Shown here: piece after piece, positions 28,301 to 31,303 of the stretch | Layout of the letters: every line of letters starts with the position of its first letter | Position numbering within the stretch: position 1 is the first letter of the stretch | Assembly: GCA_017962085.1 (NCBI GenBank) | Contig: JAGCWA010000033.1 | Coordinates: 31,264-95,263 of the forward strand | Origin: Paludibacteraceae bacterium | Lineage (GTDB): Bacteria > Bacteroidota > Bacteroidia > Bacteroidales > Paludibacteraceae | Length of the DNA: 64,000 nucleotides | Direction of reading: 5' to 3' | Notes under the pieces: model-generated | What the model was told of the DNA's origin: nothing | What the model saw: only the letters and a program-made list of their open reading frames with translations | Database searches by the model: none | Made by a program: the position numbers and the translations under genes

Positions 28301-29639
28301 TTCTCTTTGGCCTGAGTTCAGTCGTATTTGTGTAGAATTTCGGTTTGTCGGCGGCGTGGCTTCCTCCGCATCGTGGCAACAACTCTAGGCAATCCCGGTT
28401 TTCCACTTCGATGGTGATGGTCTGTCCTATGAATTTCCGAAGGTCATAGCTTAATGTCACCCAACCGTCATAGGAGAATTGATAGAGTAAATTTTTCACG
28501 TGGGATGCGCTACATGGCGTGTTGGGATCTTCATTTCCGAAGGTAACTTCTGTGATTTCTTTTTGTTTGTACTTCTTGCAAGCTTGGAGGGTACACTGGT
28601 ATTGTTTGCAAACTCGTACGTATTGGTCACAGAAGGTTTCGGTTATATCATTATAGCTCCATCCTGTTTGTCCGTATATTCGACCGTCGCAATTGTCGCA
28701 TTTCCAAGCTGTCCACTGATTTTTCTTGCATTTAAATTCTATACCTGTGCTACATGTTCTATTCTCTTTGCTCTCATGCACCGTCCGTGTTGAGTAGTGT
28801 GTACAACTGTCTGCTTCAAGTATGCAATTGTTGTTCCATCCTTTGCATTCCCATTCTTCGCATTCGTCTGTGTCCTCGTATCTCGTTGTTACGGTTCTTA
28901 CTCTTTGGCGTCGCGCAGCGGGTTTTAGTCTGGCGTCACCAGGTCGGTATTCCACCTTTGCCCCACATTCTTGGGAAGGAATCAATGTGCCGTCGGCTTT
29001 GCGGACTTTAATGCTGAAACGAGGTCTTTCATCGTCTGGGTAAATGTGTGGATGTGTGTGGCTTATGGGGTCTTCGTCCTGCATGATGACAGCATAGCGA
29101 AGGGATAGGAGTGTGGAATTCTCCTTCACTTCAAATTCGTAGGTGGCGCGTTCCGCCATGGCCCTGTTTTTACGTTTGAGGATTGTTGAATCGTTGTAGT
29201 GAACTTCCGCTTCATCGTAAGATCCGATTCGCATGGACTGTCCGAAACCTTCTGGGACCAATCTGATGTTGTCGCACGCCAGATTGAAGTCGAAACCTGT
29301 GCTGGCCACTACTTCGAAATATCCACGTTCCACATTGATGTTGTCTGTTTTGAGCGACCACGTGTCGTGTACATTGGGATCCATTCCGTTGCTGCTGACA
29401 TCTTCGCTGATTTTGTCGCTGATGATTAGTTTTGCGTTGGACGCGTCCTGACTTTCGTATTTTACAGGTCCATAGTACCCGTAATATCGAGTCCAGTTCT
29501 CGAAGTTTCCTTTCTCGAAACTAAGGTTCGGTGTGTCTATATTTCTTGTCGCTGCGTAGGTAGACGCTCCGATAAGGAATAGCGCTATGGTTGAGATTAA
29601 GTTGATTTTCAATAGTCTGTGTATATGTTTTGCTCCCAT
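4359..29639 (-). CDS. Giant (8426 aa) T9SS type-B-sorted repetitive cell-surface adhesin
   Basis: Single uninterrupted 25,281-nt ORF. Signal peptide MGAKHIHRLLKINLISTIALFLIGASTYA. N-terminal head of about 475 aa. Long array of roughly 75-85-aa units, each with the pattern [LP]P.[IV].[IV].G....C.G....L.A.G...Y.W ... G..GC. C-terminal 96 aa (FWAPNAFTPNEDGMNDFFLFKG...WRIFDRSGRIIFES...WDGTDKNGE...GVYGYIVEY) match the gliding-motility-associated / T9SS type-B C-terminal domain signature. Confidence 0.93.
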   Translation of the reverse strand: MGAKHIHRLLKINLISTIALFLIGASTYAATRNIDTPNLSFEKGNFENWTRYYGYYGPVKYESQDASNAKLIISDKISEDVSSNGMDPNVHDTWSLKTDNINVERGYFEVVASTGFDFNLACDNIRLVPEGFGQSMRIGSYDEAEVHYNDSTILKRKNRAMAERATYEFEVKENSTLLSLRYAVIMQDEDPISHTHPHIYPDDERPRFSIKVRKADGTLIPSQECGAKVEYRPGDARLKPAARRQRVRTVTTRYEDTDECEEWECKGWNNNCILEADSCTHYSTRTVHESKENRTCSTGIEFKCKKNQWTAWKCDNCDGRIYGQTGWSYNDITETFCDQYVRVCKQYQCTLQACKKYKQKEITEVTFGNEDPNTPCSASHVKNLLYQFSYDGWVTLSYDLRKFIGQTITIEVENRDCLELLPRCGGSHAADKPKFYTNTTELRPKRNGNGDIIPGEYMAKCEVCSPNNEREFVTSFTGGYHRTYAYVNASTQKMELKIKNCGGGEDAVITAPDAFDTYEWKRLSDGKIFKTKSSSPYICAIPDTSIFEGVDYTCTMYNSADESCTKVIDTFRLLKNPIVADYSWDKGCYNEVKFTNLSRVEHVTVNNIEKANDSIVYQVWTFFDQSGEAEEENGEFEPTKLFNCQVDGGCNFATQLAVVTKNDCRIPVIKQINVEKRPEVVINGDETVCYGDSTLLSLDDNSYTENDLQNGGGNYYYVWLNEAGDTLKRSNGTDGRSCYVKPVNGTIRYRLQIHQDRITDHGNPMHCVFEGTHDVSVIEKPTSKISISNMYTPEGEIKQVDLCTGETIRLTGATSMDNCQYGWFDRANWTGLENVDFNGLRLMTASTTDTSNINVLDTTQYYLVFLAENGCAQVDSLQTNAIPLPKLTITANNDTISNGYTEICVGESTTMRVSGKDAVGNAIRTFVWTTPNQGQPTLDAITATPAEDQNYFNSSTNRYEYQYTVSGSDQYGCTNTDFINIYMYKKPTIAFDNSPSRECAGVEFELKVNGVDSCVVDNSIEAGSLLTPPDTIRIPLVANEAKRFYMVEGFKKNGGITCKTTNEFSIDVNQAPKISIIGERVICEGEPISWSAIGADVFTWWLKGDENNKKTGTTFTDTPRSDTLYYVEGSNISGAKCKSTEPISVSIEEAPEIEILFDNTKVCEGGTKELTAQIKGTGNGQSLEYSWSNGAIGEKITVAIYQREEPISVTGKTGHNCISTASITLESKPYPNLSATSGVEACENGSVEIALMGADKYIYQGDTIAKNQSPTAAYSWTIADVGRAGTKEYIYTGSLDGCEKEDFVTINVLEAPALAISGAEGGICKGDSATLSVTGGETGNEYIWEYSTNNGTTWDTLSGKGRSVTVKPTIKTQYRVSGVGGNGCKGTSAVAKMEVYSIDPISITRDVAGKDSCVNSIVYLSATGAGTNGTYAWNITSTATGQTIANATGESIQIPLSENANVRVVGSSEEYCSRDTFTTITVYPYPDFTMENDYVCQGDQITMTIKNVADKVMPDYVQWEPIPTYSDMQATGYVAGQTSFTDQSPKPGNSIYQIKVNGKSEKGCITQKSFNFSVVSSPNIYITGKNEYCENETVHLTAKGGATYKWDNGTIGETYDSTAKIGRTTIHVTGEDSRGCSSKAEYNLTIREIPVVSINASQTTVCSGEPVTLQASGAGSFTWEQVKESSPNDTTNYPCSSCQSINPIVEEATTYIVTGVENGCSGTNKQSINVKTKPVLSIYAEKDTLCKGNSTNITVYDGKNSVSTWKLDGAVVGESSSTQYQFNTGNLTERKKYEITAQTSTGCTAQENITIEIYSEPTIGIDKGLGYVCKGSPMELSAIGDASLSYEWIAKDNQGNNANITYNAPTNNTSNKINVTIEEETQFTLIARYANNNCTTTSAPASVEVKDLPTISISQDPSPAVCQDKNVKLTAVGVGSVMNSAGWTWKDADGNDLGNKSNVYNIQKMNGSGEYHIKGTDRFGCESEWTQYNVATTDAPKFTIHVDKEAVCKNETVHFSITTNDENLTYSWDNGDATASTTFDTTLTIAKVYTIKVTASNGSCTTTKTKDVTVSDIPRVTITSRSGKNSICKGDSIILQANYSNVSDPSNLKYSWNNKNWSSKEDSSQYYAKYISSISSDETSIGATVQVQEGECKSAPATFNVTINALPNVKINGATEKCIDEVITLTASGVSTNNYSWFQDGASVGGGTEYRPAIRKETTEFVLIGTEANGCVGTDTVSVKGNPNPSFDMNAQPVCVGENGVITFSNIHDVAAFNIKRENVDDTIRYNAQQSEISYTTREKMLQSQLYSIIAASDKNCKSEVKNQTITANALPNIQIACDPISREICLGDSAILTATGGTTYTWKTAAGLVASNNTSVFKPTASGTYTLRVKGEGNNGCSDSTDITITVYDIPVIETEPNVTLCQGDVATLKAEPASGTAQNLTYVWNNENGILNGATIYPVINKNETFTVYGSDDHCSSRPVTVNVSIKQRGDINIATSPICEGTQAKVTFSASDLGSVSLQGGTTYDQTVTENAVRKLEITFDGLTDTKSYTAIVVDTNQCSIDTSFTIEVVKKPVISFDPSTDNNTSKICLGDDVTITAQSDQTSATLAWESLDNLASPVFTIDNTNTGKFKLIPENPRGIDDPYKFTVTATNAHGTLTCTSSETYNIVVYDEAINSIIGDQAACEGSNLTLSSEKTTFSSYTWTEATNPSNILSSANSLTEKIETDKTYILTVYDVNGCKNESRIDIKAVPIPDFDIQTTPICQGNVATSTVRKNKLGRLGPNGNSTFTWDNVKFTWDNVAGDLSFTEQLSESKTYHVVGTYEYAMGNNKILTCSSEPVTKTAVVNKKPEFTILSDNTRNNTVCKKDTIKFSVPGNNLKCVWNRGDANGPINDYTFRGESNVTKHGIVTSSNEKEYCRVVPSKLKPRVTDIYYWVTVTDNTTQCKDSDFVVAHLDTVPNPPQAIFAACQGSDVTLSTYVEGAVDYEWYHNDQVTLLGTGPSYTLSSNILWNENVNDKNFYVRAIDYLGCKSDMIVNQIRRQNKVNINVDKPKVCEGDKPTIRLSGAHEYEWTSERNHPGPEFTERNPIFNDKQYTVTAWDTTEIEMSNGVHVTLKSCEAETTFTLRVNKKPIFYINEPNTVSTSVCFKENATLTGTIDSNVDANNAEYTWKVSDYNLPTGDINKTSIKIPATNPNVAQYMVKLSIKNTETGCVDSTDYYVNVNPLPEVTIIADDNPVCEGEQITLRTNNVYSSYDWRESDRNGTTTGTSLSSTDHYETPTTENFSKYIRVDVTDVYNCSNWDTILIYTKARPEFTISANPICYNGYPTLVVDGDMDEINWPDGSKSTQASSSTWKTWTSQTRLTNDKTFTINTSKGGCVSDIKSVPVTVHPKQELTFKVNGVETQDRPVMVCTGTENVRIETHSTTAGAVLSNIQWLNGSSTNPITPTIARDTTFTVSADVKVTNDLSCEASGSQAIKVYPTNKITITGKNQVCKGDELDFTAIGAESYQWHIIGDNNTCSIVCNNSDSSEITAKRIMGNFKIYATGTDANECACAQSDTISVTILPSPTIIISGNPGTICSGSTLAMTATLAEGEGAGKDVRWTRGTGINGNLVNTKLTTNNGSKREEVYSVKASLTVDNNTCNSEEDITVTILPLPELILSTEGAFCEGGQTEITATEIYGANVQYKWNDGTYGSSNTFTATSGTTYSVIAKMTDGLQCEMEEPKTTNITVVPRPTLTGINMEGSPCNGERVSLKPAGSGNSSYNYEWYYVTKDNNAVLIERMEEIKPTITTQDTTFRIVVSTQQSFANVTLVCSSTMDTTISMRPDPVFNFQAKTPCYGDSMDIRVIGDATSYDWTWDGDKTIQDTNHVKIDNAQGSHFFQVKAEKDGCTISKDTTVNVYALPIINGFTGENVICVDNTANILAVLCDDPSSIKKYEWEERAINGYTIDANDSSKINIKPTQAQEDVPYNVTVTDKNGCKASESYMIDIKPMPRTKTEVTPNCPGEPTTIKAEEEGNIENVTYTWYEYDPTQSGNNNKGAFVGSGDKLEKEISDSAQFVVTASSEFGCEIDTTVMAKAYPLPTITFEGNTTICEGESTDITIHAEWPTGHTGTQAISYYWQEDNASTSQAQVTLSPKDTTTYHIKVETANNCQMDTFIQINVKKKPIVTINGMRDGSDNICEGSSFKLTAEVTNMTGEFDYTWNNGNTPTNAELDIAKVIGSTDYTVVVKEKNVLTHQCSDNTKFTVNGLERPTVKIAKVDTVCENTEVDIFVENAKNEYQYVWNNGKTGTSITERIAPKVPADTFIVTCINPENGCEAYDSTTVGTKPYPTIALYNSLGQVITNKDTITCKDVTLKVRAKVTNAANGADTTYVWSKENDLSFHGGTNSLLETTVSDNGVYIVTANLNNCESQDTIRTNYYSIPTVTIDGDKNTCPDGDVELHASVTGGDPNSTYTLSWRIENGNQTNGFSITENTRKDTIQASHLTGSSYTFIATATDDKNCEAKSDQFVVELWSNPTVLLFPEKSKVCEGDSTTISARLQTGNGTFTWKIDNTDEEVGDRIEVVILNSITLFEVTGMDENGCIGTADTTITRLDKPTLTIDGIKGICEGGADSVALKLSGAIQYTIDNTKVYNSSAISNIVEAILKPDATRDYDIKYSDGQCEGDSTISIMVNPLPDLRINGESNGSANICEGDSIILGATKGLKNYGWTISTFSGTEVYNTNKDTVVIKTNANRHEEQTISVKLGAANGNDCSDSAYFTITINPQPVFTLDAMEAICEHGEIDLRVTSTADAQINELDWGTLSSSHRERNVTVTSTKPAGQEEVYSVTAKSINQCTYTDSVKIAVKALPTFTIAGEDVCENDYAVIKLESSAADYSYYVGGDEITFTNGEWTDRSKKLSTGQAMSVTAKKTYTLTNNTLVCEKEEGTYVNVKPLPDVEISAPTFLCVNTPRAELTSSSADKYKWFNGNNDSIWNEQTLVITEMPDKDTTLRYTVEVTVGRCKNSNEAIIQVFNTPKFEVPTELVFVCEGSDKTLTFTDKTNGTWEWNTGATTESITLPDVQGTDTITVTARTNGCEATKKFIVKAKENPAYDREGSLTVCKGSYSNVILHKDKNGLVISDYIWRGGGNIPPEGSDITDLTIQEKIDDRSDFEISMMRHHVDKVVYNGTNLIDSVDCIAHEIITIDIWDLPAISINGGKADTTVCAGEPVVLTATSQNILTDSWAWKGKDLTASSTPNTSSNSIVNITTDKDLTGNGQNKYIVKATDGNGCTDSTDFTVYVNALPRIELSAPSQVCAQTDTIVTVKSGHTDLLYSWDDGASFTTSNVWNISIDENDKTVKVIVKDNNGCTNTSDSTIKSLPNPEVTFVDPVNNVCLGDSVKLKVKDNNSTETKFYWMGDKNNTGDSLIVKSLKELTTFTVVGTRSICTHTQTHIVDVWSLPNVKIDLSAKSVCKGDSVTLAGNGALKYAWRDSRGTISRDENDYGTESEMTYKNLTTQTTKYLWGMDGNKCVNQDSVFIGINELPKFSISGDTIACEGEEVTLTATKDASTVGGLGYEWTNKSGTELGRNDELKIRITQDTTLYVIGTNANGCSEKDSIRIMMKMIPDIYAVKDTHNVCKDDTATLVVNSHMNNVTFSWVDARTGTKITGNDLSFNNTTLKQTISTYKEYKATVTKQYPIFVNKYKECSSDTIFKITPWEKPVIQLDGQREVCEGDSVLLKAQGGVDGEYIWSVKYQDQNDNEVIDTVKVNNSLVRESQLKIAPEADLTTYIVEGKDIRTCKNSTNILVRRNGLPKFNIKGPKEACEGDKIEVLVEATTAYSYKWDESGYRTNNSHNYTITKDTTIRIYAINPDTHCEKLDSITIDSKKHPELMLDVDKYICFGSAANFSTQLNDNDSTKFYWYEGTDVSATADKVGKEWTTKPLTTESWFHVLAQKKYVTAVCESDTTFRVQVLQLPNIKIKEGNSYSACKGQPLTLNATGGDKYAWDTRDTSARGSQDTTFIPTRNGEKHILLGGMSYPNYDGKTCYNVDSTIIALHELPVFSIEGPTDTCDNTRIALTGNSAEGLSYKWTDTLGNHISSLKSHTFLITKDTTVKLTASNSLGCSSSLTHTVKMHKLPIIKLDTITENVCKGAKGLVRVSNTETNVEEVQYQWTSWGEQGAILNRDSITPKVLKQTQYTVTASNVYTNTSNNAKGYCPSVNKYTINTWDDPTIIVENVSVCPGNTATLEASSPTVSIDNAFHWEGTNVHSATYTTNAITSDSTFYVTVVDGNNCQGRTSVNVSLHPLPAFTLSSNSPVCRGSDVTVQANNMGLEYDWHDMKGFRQDMTYSETLNDDKMLYVTARTAFGCTKDDSINVKVKANPILRLSMKNSEGKDTNYVCYGENMTLTAQGANGGYFWSVDKRDRNEYDGQNEIVLTQLTAPVNVQLRGISNGCESTIDTSINIWSLPNITIDVENTDVCIGGYDSLFAKGGISGKYTWRGPEISEAGIQWAGTYASSLFGDQVKVHLNASKNASFMTKYYVTGVDENGCKGQGDIDIKVNELPSVQIEGDLEVCQGAEATLYTSGTAESFIWTVNKENYYTSNINPQILKDSTIVTVIGTDNNGCESVDRDTIRTKPIPHILVNTNTGVDTVCKNDMVRIDLRAVDAKGKDLSENASWEWQNANTNSYWEEVISNKRSYNVRVEVRECQNDTNFNINVWPLPIFEIKGEDAVCIGDSTILTAEDDKNGNGPMTYQWTQTAQGGLGATTEIKNHTSAELMVKPTDITRYNAMGTDKHQCHSTATHLVRVDALPTDLIIVATPSDSICEGNNVTLKATGSGVDYTWSIGENILTSGEEMTYKIEETTTFTVRGRNANGCDFKVDKTIYKKDRPVIKVEEKPEYVCYNTEAKIVVSGAEIYKWDNNETSNTTKEVLLMDRTFTVSGSKNGCEAEPIDINVPVKSLPTILITSDKLDNEICANDSISLIASGGESGKYSWENGQYKSDVIKVGPLATTTYTVWGEDKFGCKNYNEYKVIVHDLPLLHIEAYQDLICEGDIDTLWVVNDNPKAANGSQVLFKSYAWEDGETVEKINSSIKKDKTFKVTVQDIYGCVNNAEKEVKTKPYPKLNVTAPDYTCYNESAQISISGAKNYTWNDGSHVSQFSNKLLRDTIYSVTGETDGCKTDTTFPVAVMPLPNVWISSNVDELCLNQTITMRANGAHTYVWDVRDIETNSSTVETVTVKPNKANKSFKYHVTGTDLNGCINKDSFEVKVNPAPIFQIHGKTEICQGDMDTLWVTGDAIRYTWTNTGEQSDTIYPIVEEHTTYKVMAESENGCTAEDNIKVKVKMYPDVTISAPKAVCHGEKAVLTANGANEYVWQNDPTQNNKKYVDSPEKGTTYTVRGTTKGCTSVASVYVDVNPLPYVWITGNESICSGDDIELSANGAASYVWSTKQVGEHINLTPTETSKPLVIWVTGTDANNCVNKDTFEITVHPLPTIKILGDNATCNGDATHLEATGAKDYVWSTSEQGAHIYPIITSNKTFTVEGTDEHGCKSTGSKTVTRKLYPVLSYTAPSAVCDGSEVRISVTGASHYKWSGSESLKAQGGTMTDTIHERTIYKVEGEENGCTTVRDIIIDKYELPTIWINGPATVCQGTQLKLSATGGNTYTWAWGGNTYRNTTLSDQPERTTTYRVTGTDSHKCSNTAEHVVVVKPTPKFVVKGVTEVCEGTATTLTAESTDNSQLSYSWSNGAGTPSITPVINTTTKFIVVGKDANNCESTVTHTVVSQKIPEVTWTGVTTLCQGDRLQLNAKGAKTYKWTSSDKPGVTLSTTNLMTDYPTTSAVYVLEGSSNGCAAEPISIPVNALPNPSLTFQGNTVICENSQLTLTVYGADSYLWNNGSSNKTMITIPPAGDSVFSVVGTDKNKCKSELKIPVRVNKNPEFTIDGETEVCRGEYTTLTATGDAMTYYWGYQTPIYDKNLSSNGTPIAVQIDIPTYVFVKGVDDKGCETEKSINIKMKTPPTVVYSGNTEVCLGEAIKLFAEGDAKEYRWSTDGGLTSKAGNPYEFTPMGVTRVLLSGIADNGCVTSEEILIETNVAPNVDIYGDSSVCEGGNATLIADGADKFVWREEGSDIVEEGRYLVREGLKAGANKFHITGTSVNNCKNTKEFTLWVYKNPTVKIHDTLVGCPNTDTRAEFSIRESYIVKCNWSSNPINGDLFSNYEKKVSGTITTPTEVYVAAYDANGCASHDTIKVDALEFNPIRFDVTPTTIDEKSNVIEMTGIFPETNNWTWITDDGRPDTRGRNAKHTYINPNASDSFTVTAIAVDDNGCRYEGDTIVYVWKDFWAPNAFTPNEDGMNDFFLFKGTEFMTEFHWRIFDRSGRIIFESDNRNGKWDGTDKNGEKCEWGVYGYIVEYKSVYKGIDKTGERRGTVTLIR
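4362..4649 (-). other. T9SS type-B (gliding-motility / CHU_C-like) C-terminal sorting domain of the 8426-aa protein
   Basis: Last 96 aa: WKDFWAPNAFTPNEDGMNDFFLFKGTEFMTEFHWRIFDRSGRIIFESDNRNGKWDGTDKNGEKCEWGVYGYIVEYKSVYKGIDKTGERRGTVTLIR. The N-A-F-T-P-N-x-D-G-x-N-D, I-F-D-R-x-G and W-D-G motifs are characteristic of type-B CTDs. Confidence 0.85.
4650..28124 (-). repeat. Array of Cys-bracketed Ig-like domains (estimated ~100 units, not counted individually)
   Basis: About 7,800 aa of tandem 75-85-aa units, each opening with P-x-P/x-I-x-G...C-x-G and closing with G-C near the unit end. Units are diverged at the DNA level, so this is not a recent amplification. Confidence 0.8.
28125..29549 (-). 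other. N-terminal head region shared by both giant paralogs (unknown fold)
   Basis: aa 31-505 of the 8426-aa protein, starting TPNLSFEKGNFENW. Collinear conserved blocks occur in paralog 2 (TPNLSFEDGN; VKENSTLLS; DERP; TIEV..DCL.ELP; ITAP..F..YEWK). Confidence 0.6.
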
Positions 29640-29673
29640 AAGCTTATAAATTTTTCTGTGTTAATAGCAATAT

Positions 29674-29705
29674 CAAAAGTAAATCTTATTTTTTTCATTA
29701 ACAAA
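29674..29705 (-). promoter_or_regulatory. Bacteroidetes-type promoter for the giant gene (-33 TTTG / -7 TACTTTTG)
   Basis: The minus strand reads TTTG (29705-29702), 20 nt, then TACTTTTG (29681-29674). This matches the TTTG...TAnnTTTG consensus and sits about 35 nt upstream of the ATG at 29639. Confidence 0.5.
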
Positions 29706-29921
29706 TTTTAAACATGGAAATAGATGTAAAAAAGTCAATTGGCACCGCAATTATATCATCATTGCGCCGTTTTATGTCCATAGTGTTCGATTGTCCGATA
29801 ATTTACTGATAGATAATTTGTTGCGTGTTCTTTCTCGGAAGTCCTCTGTTGTGTCGCTAGAAAAGTACCCGAAATCGTTGTTGACTCCATCCCGAAATAC
29901 GTGTTTTTTGTGTATATGACA

Positions 29922-29957
29922 ACAAGCGGAGACAATTCTTTCTTTGTCTCCGCTTGT
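29922..29957 (-). terminator. Strong hairpin downstream of the PfkB kinase gene (probable terminator/insulator ahead of the giant-gene promoter)
   Basis: Perfect 14-bp inverted repeat ACAAGCGGAGACAA (29922-29935) / TTGTCTCCGCTTGT (29944-29957) with an 8-nt loop. There is no clean U-tract on the minus strand, so the terminator call is tentative. Confidence 0.45.
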
Positions 29958-30044
29958 GTCTGGTTTTCAAATATTTGTATTTTCTGTGTAATAGATACCG
30001 TGATGAATCTATCCGGCGGTGCGAATGTTTAGTTGAAGTATGTC

Positions 30045-31010
30045 TTAGCTCTTTCTTCGCAGCTCTTCCCATTTGCACTCGTCCAGCTTTGAACCCACCA
30101 CTTGCACGATGTTTCCGCTCACGAGCGAGCCTATTTCTCCGCATCGTTTCATGTCGTAACCTTTGTGGAGACCATACAGGAATCCAGAGGCGAACAGGTC
30201 GCCGGCGCCTGTGGTGTCTATGGCGGTCACGCCAGGCAGGCAATCCACCCGTACCGTTTTGCCGTCCTTTTTGATCAACGAGCCCTTCTTGCCTAGTTTG
30301 ACGACGGCTATTTCGCACATCTCCGCAATGTAGTCGAGGGCCTCTTCCGGCTCCCTCTGTGCGAAGGCTTTCGCCTCTTCCTCGTTGGCGAAGACGATGT
30401 CGACATACTCCTTCACGGCACGTTGCAGGAACTCCAGGTTCTCTTCTACCACATTGTAGCTGGCAAGGTCCAATGAGACTTTCGCACCCGCCGCCTTCGC
30501 CATCTTCATGGCTGCCTCGATCATGGTGGTGTTCTGAACCAAATAACCCTCAATGTGGCAGAGGTCCACACCCTTGAACCAGTTGGGGTCGAAATCGTTC
30601 TCCGTCAGTGTGCTGGCCGCTCCTAGACAGGTGGCCATGGTTCGCTCGCTGTCTGGCGAAATCAGGGAGACGCATACGCCGGTCGGCAAATCGCTCTTGA
30701 CGATATGGGTGGTCACACCATGCTTCTCCATGTCCGATTTGAAGAACTCACCTGCTTCGTCCTCTCCCGTCTTTCCGATGAAGTGGCAAGGCGCTCCCAA
30801 TGCGGCAAGTCCTGAAATGGTGTTGGAGGCGGACCCTCCTGTGACGAAATGACGGTCGCCGTCCTTGATTTCGTCTTGTATCTTTGCGGACAAATCCTTG
30901 TCTATCAATTGCATACTCCCTTTGGGTAGAGAAAGTTTCTTCAATGTGTCGTCAGACTTCAGTACAGACAAGACATCCACCAGTGCGTTTCCTAATCCTA
31001 TTGTTACCAT
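30045..31010 (-). CDS. PfkB-family carbohydrate/nucleoside kinase (adenosine-kinase-like)
   Basis: 321 aa. N-terminal GLGNALVDV, GGSASNT, and C-terminal DTTGAGDLFASGFLYG (PfkB signature 2). Confidence 0.85.
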   Translation of the reverse strand: MVTIGLGNALVDVLSVLKSDDTLKKLSLPKGSMQLIDKDLSAKIQDEIKDGDRHFVTGGSASNTISGLAALGAPCHFIGKTGEDEAGEFFKSDMEKHGVTTHIVKSDLPTGVCVSLISPDSERTMATCLGAASTLTENDFDPNWFKGVDLCHIEGYLVQNTTMIEAAMKMAKAAGAKVSLDLASYNVVEENLEFLQRAVKEYVDIVFANEEEAKAFAQREPEEALDYIAEMCEIAVVKLGKKGSLIKKDGKTVRVDCLPGVTAIDTTGAGDLFASGFLYGLHKGYDMKRCGEIGSLVSGNIVQVVGSKLDECKWEELRRKS

Positions 31011-31041
31011 ATTTTTTCTTCTTTTTTGTGAAATTTATATG

Positions 31042-31049
31042 CAAATATA
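31042..31049 (-). promoter_or_regulatory. -7 box TATATTTG for the kinase gene
   Basis: Minus strand TATATTTG, 32 nt upstream of the ATG at 31010. Confidence 0.45.
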
Positions 31050-31073
31050 TTTTTTTTATTCGAGAAAACAACC

Positions 31074-31081
31074 TAAATTTG
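31074..31081 (+). promoter_or_regulatory. -7 box TAAATTTG for tRNA-Asn copy 1, followed by the conserved GCACCGCA initiation region
   Basis: TAAATTTGCACCGCATTTGAGGGAAAT lies 35 nt upstream of the tRNA 5' end. The same TTTGCACCGCA core precedes the other two tRNAs in the window. Confidence 0.55.
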
Positions 31082-31116
31082 CACCGCATTTGAGGGAAAT
31101 CCTCGGGTGTGGAAAT

Positions 31117-31190
31117 TCTTCCTTAGCTCAGTCGGTTAGAGCACCTGACTGTTAATCAGGGGGTCCTTGGTTCAAGTCCAAGAGGGAGAG
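31117..31190 (+). tRNA. tRNA-Asn (anticodon GTT)
   Basis: 74 nt. The cloverleaf folds by hand: acceptor TCTTCCT/AGGGAGA (one G-U), D arm GCTCAGTCGGTTAGAGC, anticodon stem CCTGA/TCAGG with loop CTGTTAA, T arm CTTGGTTCAAGTCCAAG. CCA is not encoded. Confidence 0.93.
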
Positions 31191-31193
31191 CAG

Positions 31194-31222
31194 AGAGAGT
31201 CGGTGACGGCTCTCTTTTTTTT
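31194..31222 (+). terminator. Rho-independent terminator after tRNA-Asn
   Basis: 9-bp stem AGAGAGTCG / CGGCTCTCT (one G-U), GTGA loop, then a run of seven T (31216-31222). Confidence 0.8.
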
Positions 31223-31248
31223 GTCTTCTGGGGGCAGAAGACTAAAGC

Positions 31249-31303
31249 CTTTAAGGTCGGAGGGCTAGTGGGTGAGGATAAGCTCTTTAAGGTCGGAGGG
31301 CTA
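31249..31303. repeat. Two copies of a 19-nt direct repeat CTTTAAGGTCGGAGGGCTA (36-nt spacing)
   Basis: Copies at 31249-31267 and 31285-31303. An imperfect inverted pair flanks them: GACTAAAGCCTTTA (31240-) and TAAAGGCTAAAGTC (to 31322). Confidence 0.7.

Noticed and set aside
4687-29451. Dozens of plus-strand ORFs of 60-226 aa (for example 7518-8198, 17526-18101, 10863-11390) inside the giant gene
   Set aside because: All are antisense to one continuous 8426-aa reading frame with clear domain periodicity. Their translations are Cys/Val/His/Phe-rich low-complexity strings with no motifs. They are shadow ORFs produced by the codon bias of the repeat array.
29857-30318. 153-aa minus-strand ORF rich in Arg (MRNSRRQTRQEG...) overlapping the kinase 3' end and the intergenic hairpin
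   Set aside because: It is out of frame with the well-supported PfkB kinase gene and crosses the 14-bp hairpin. Its composition is typical of a spurious frame.
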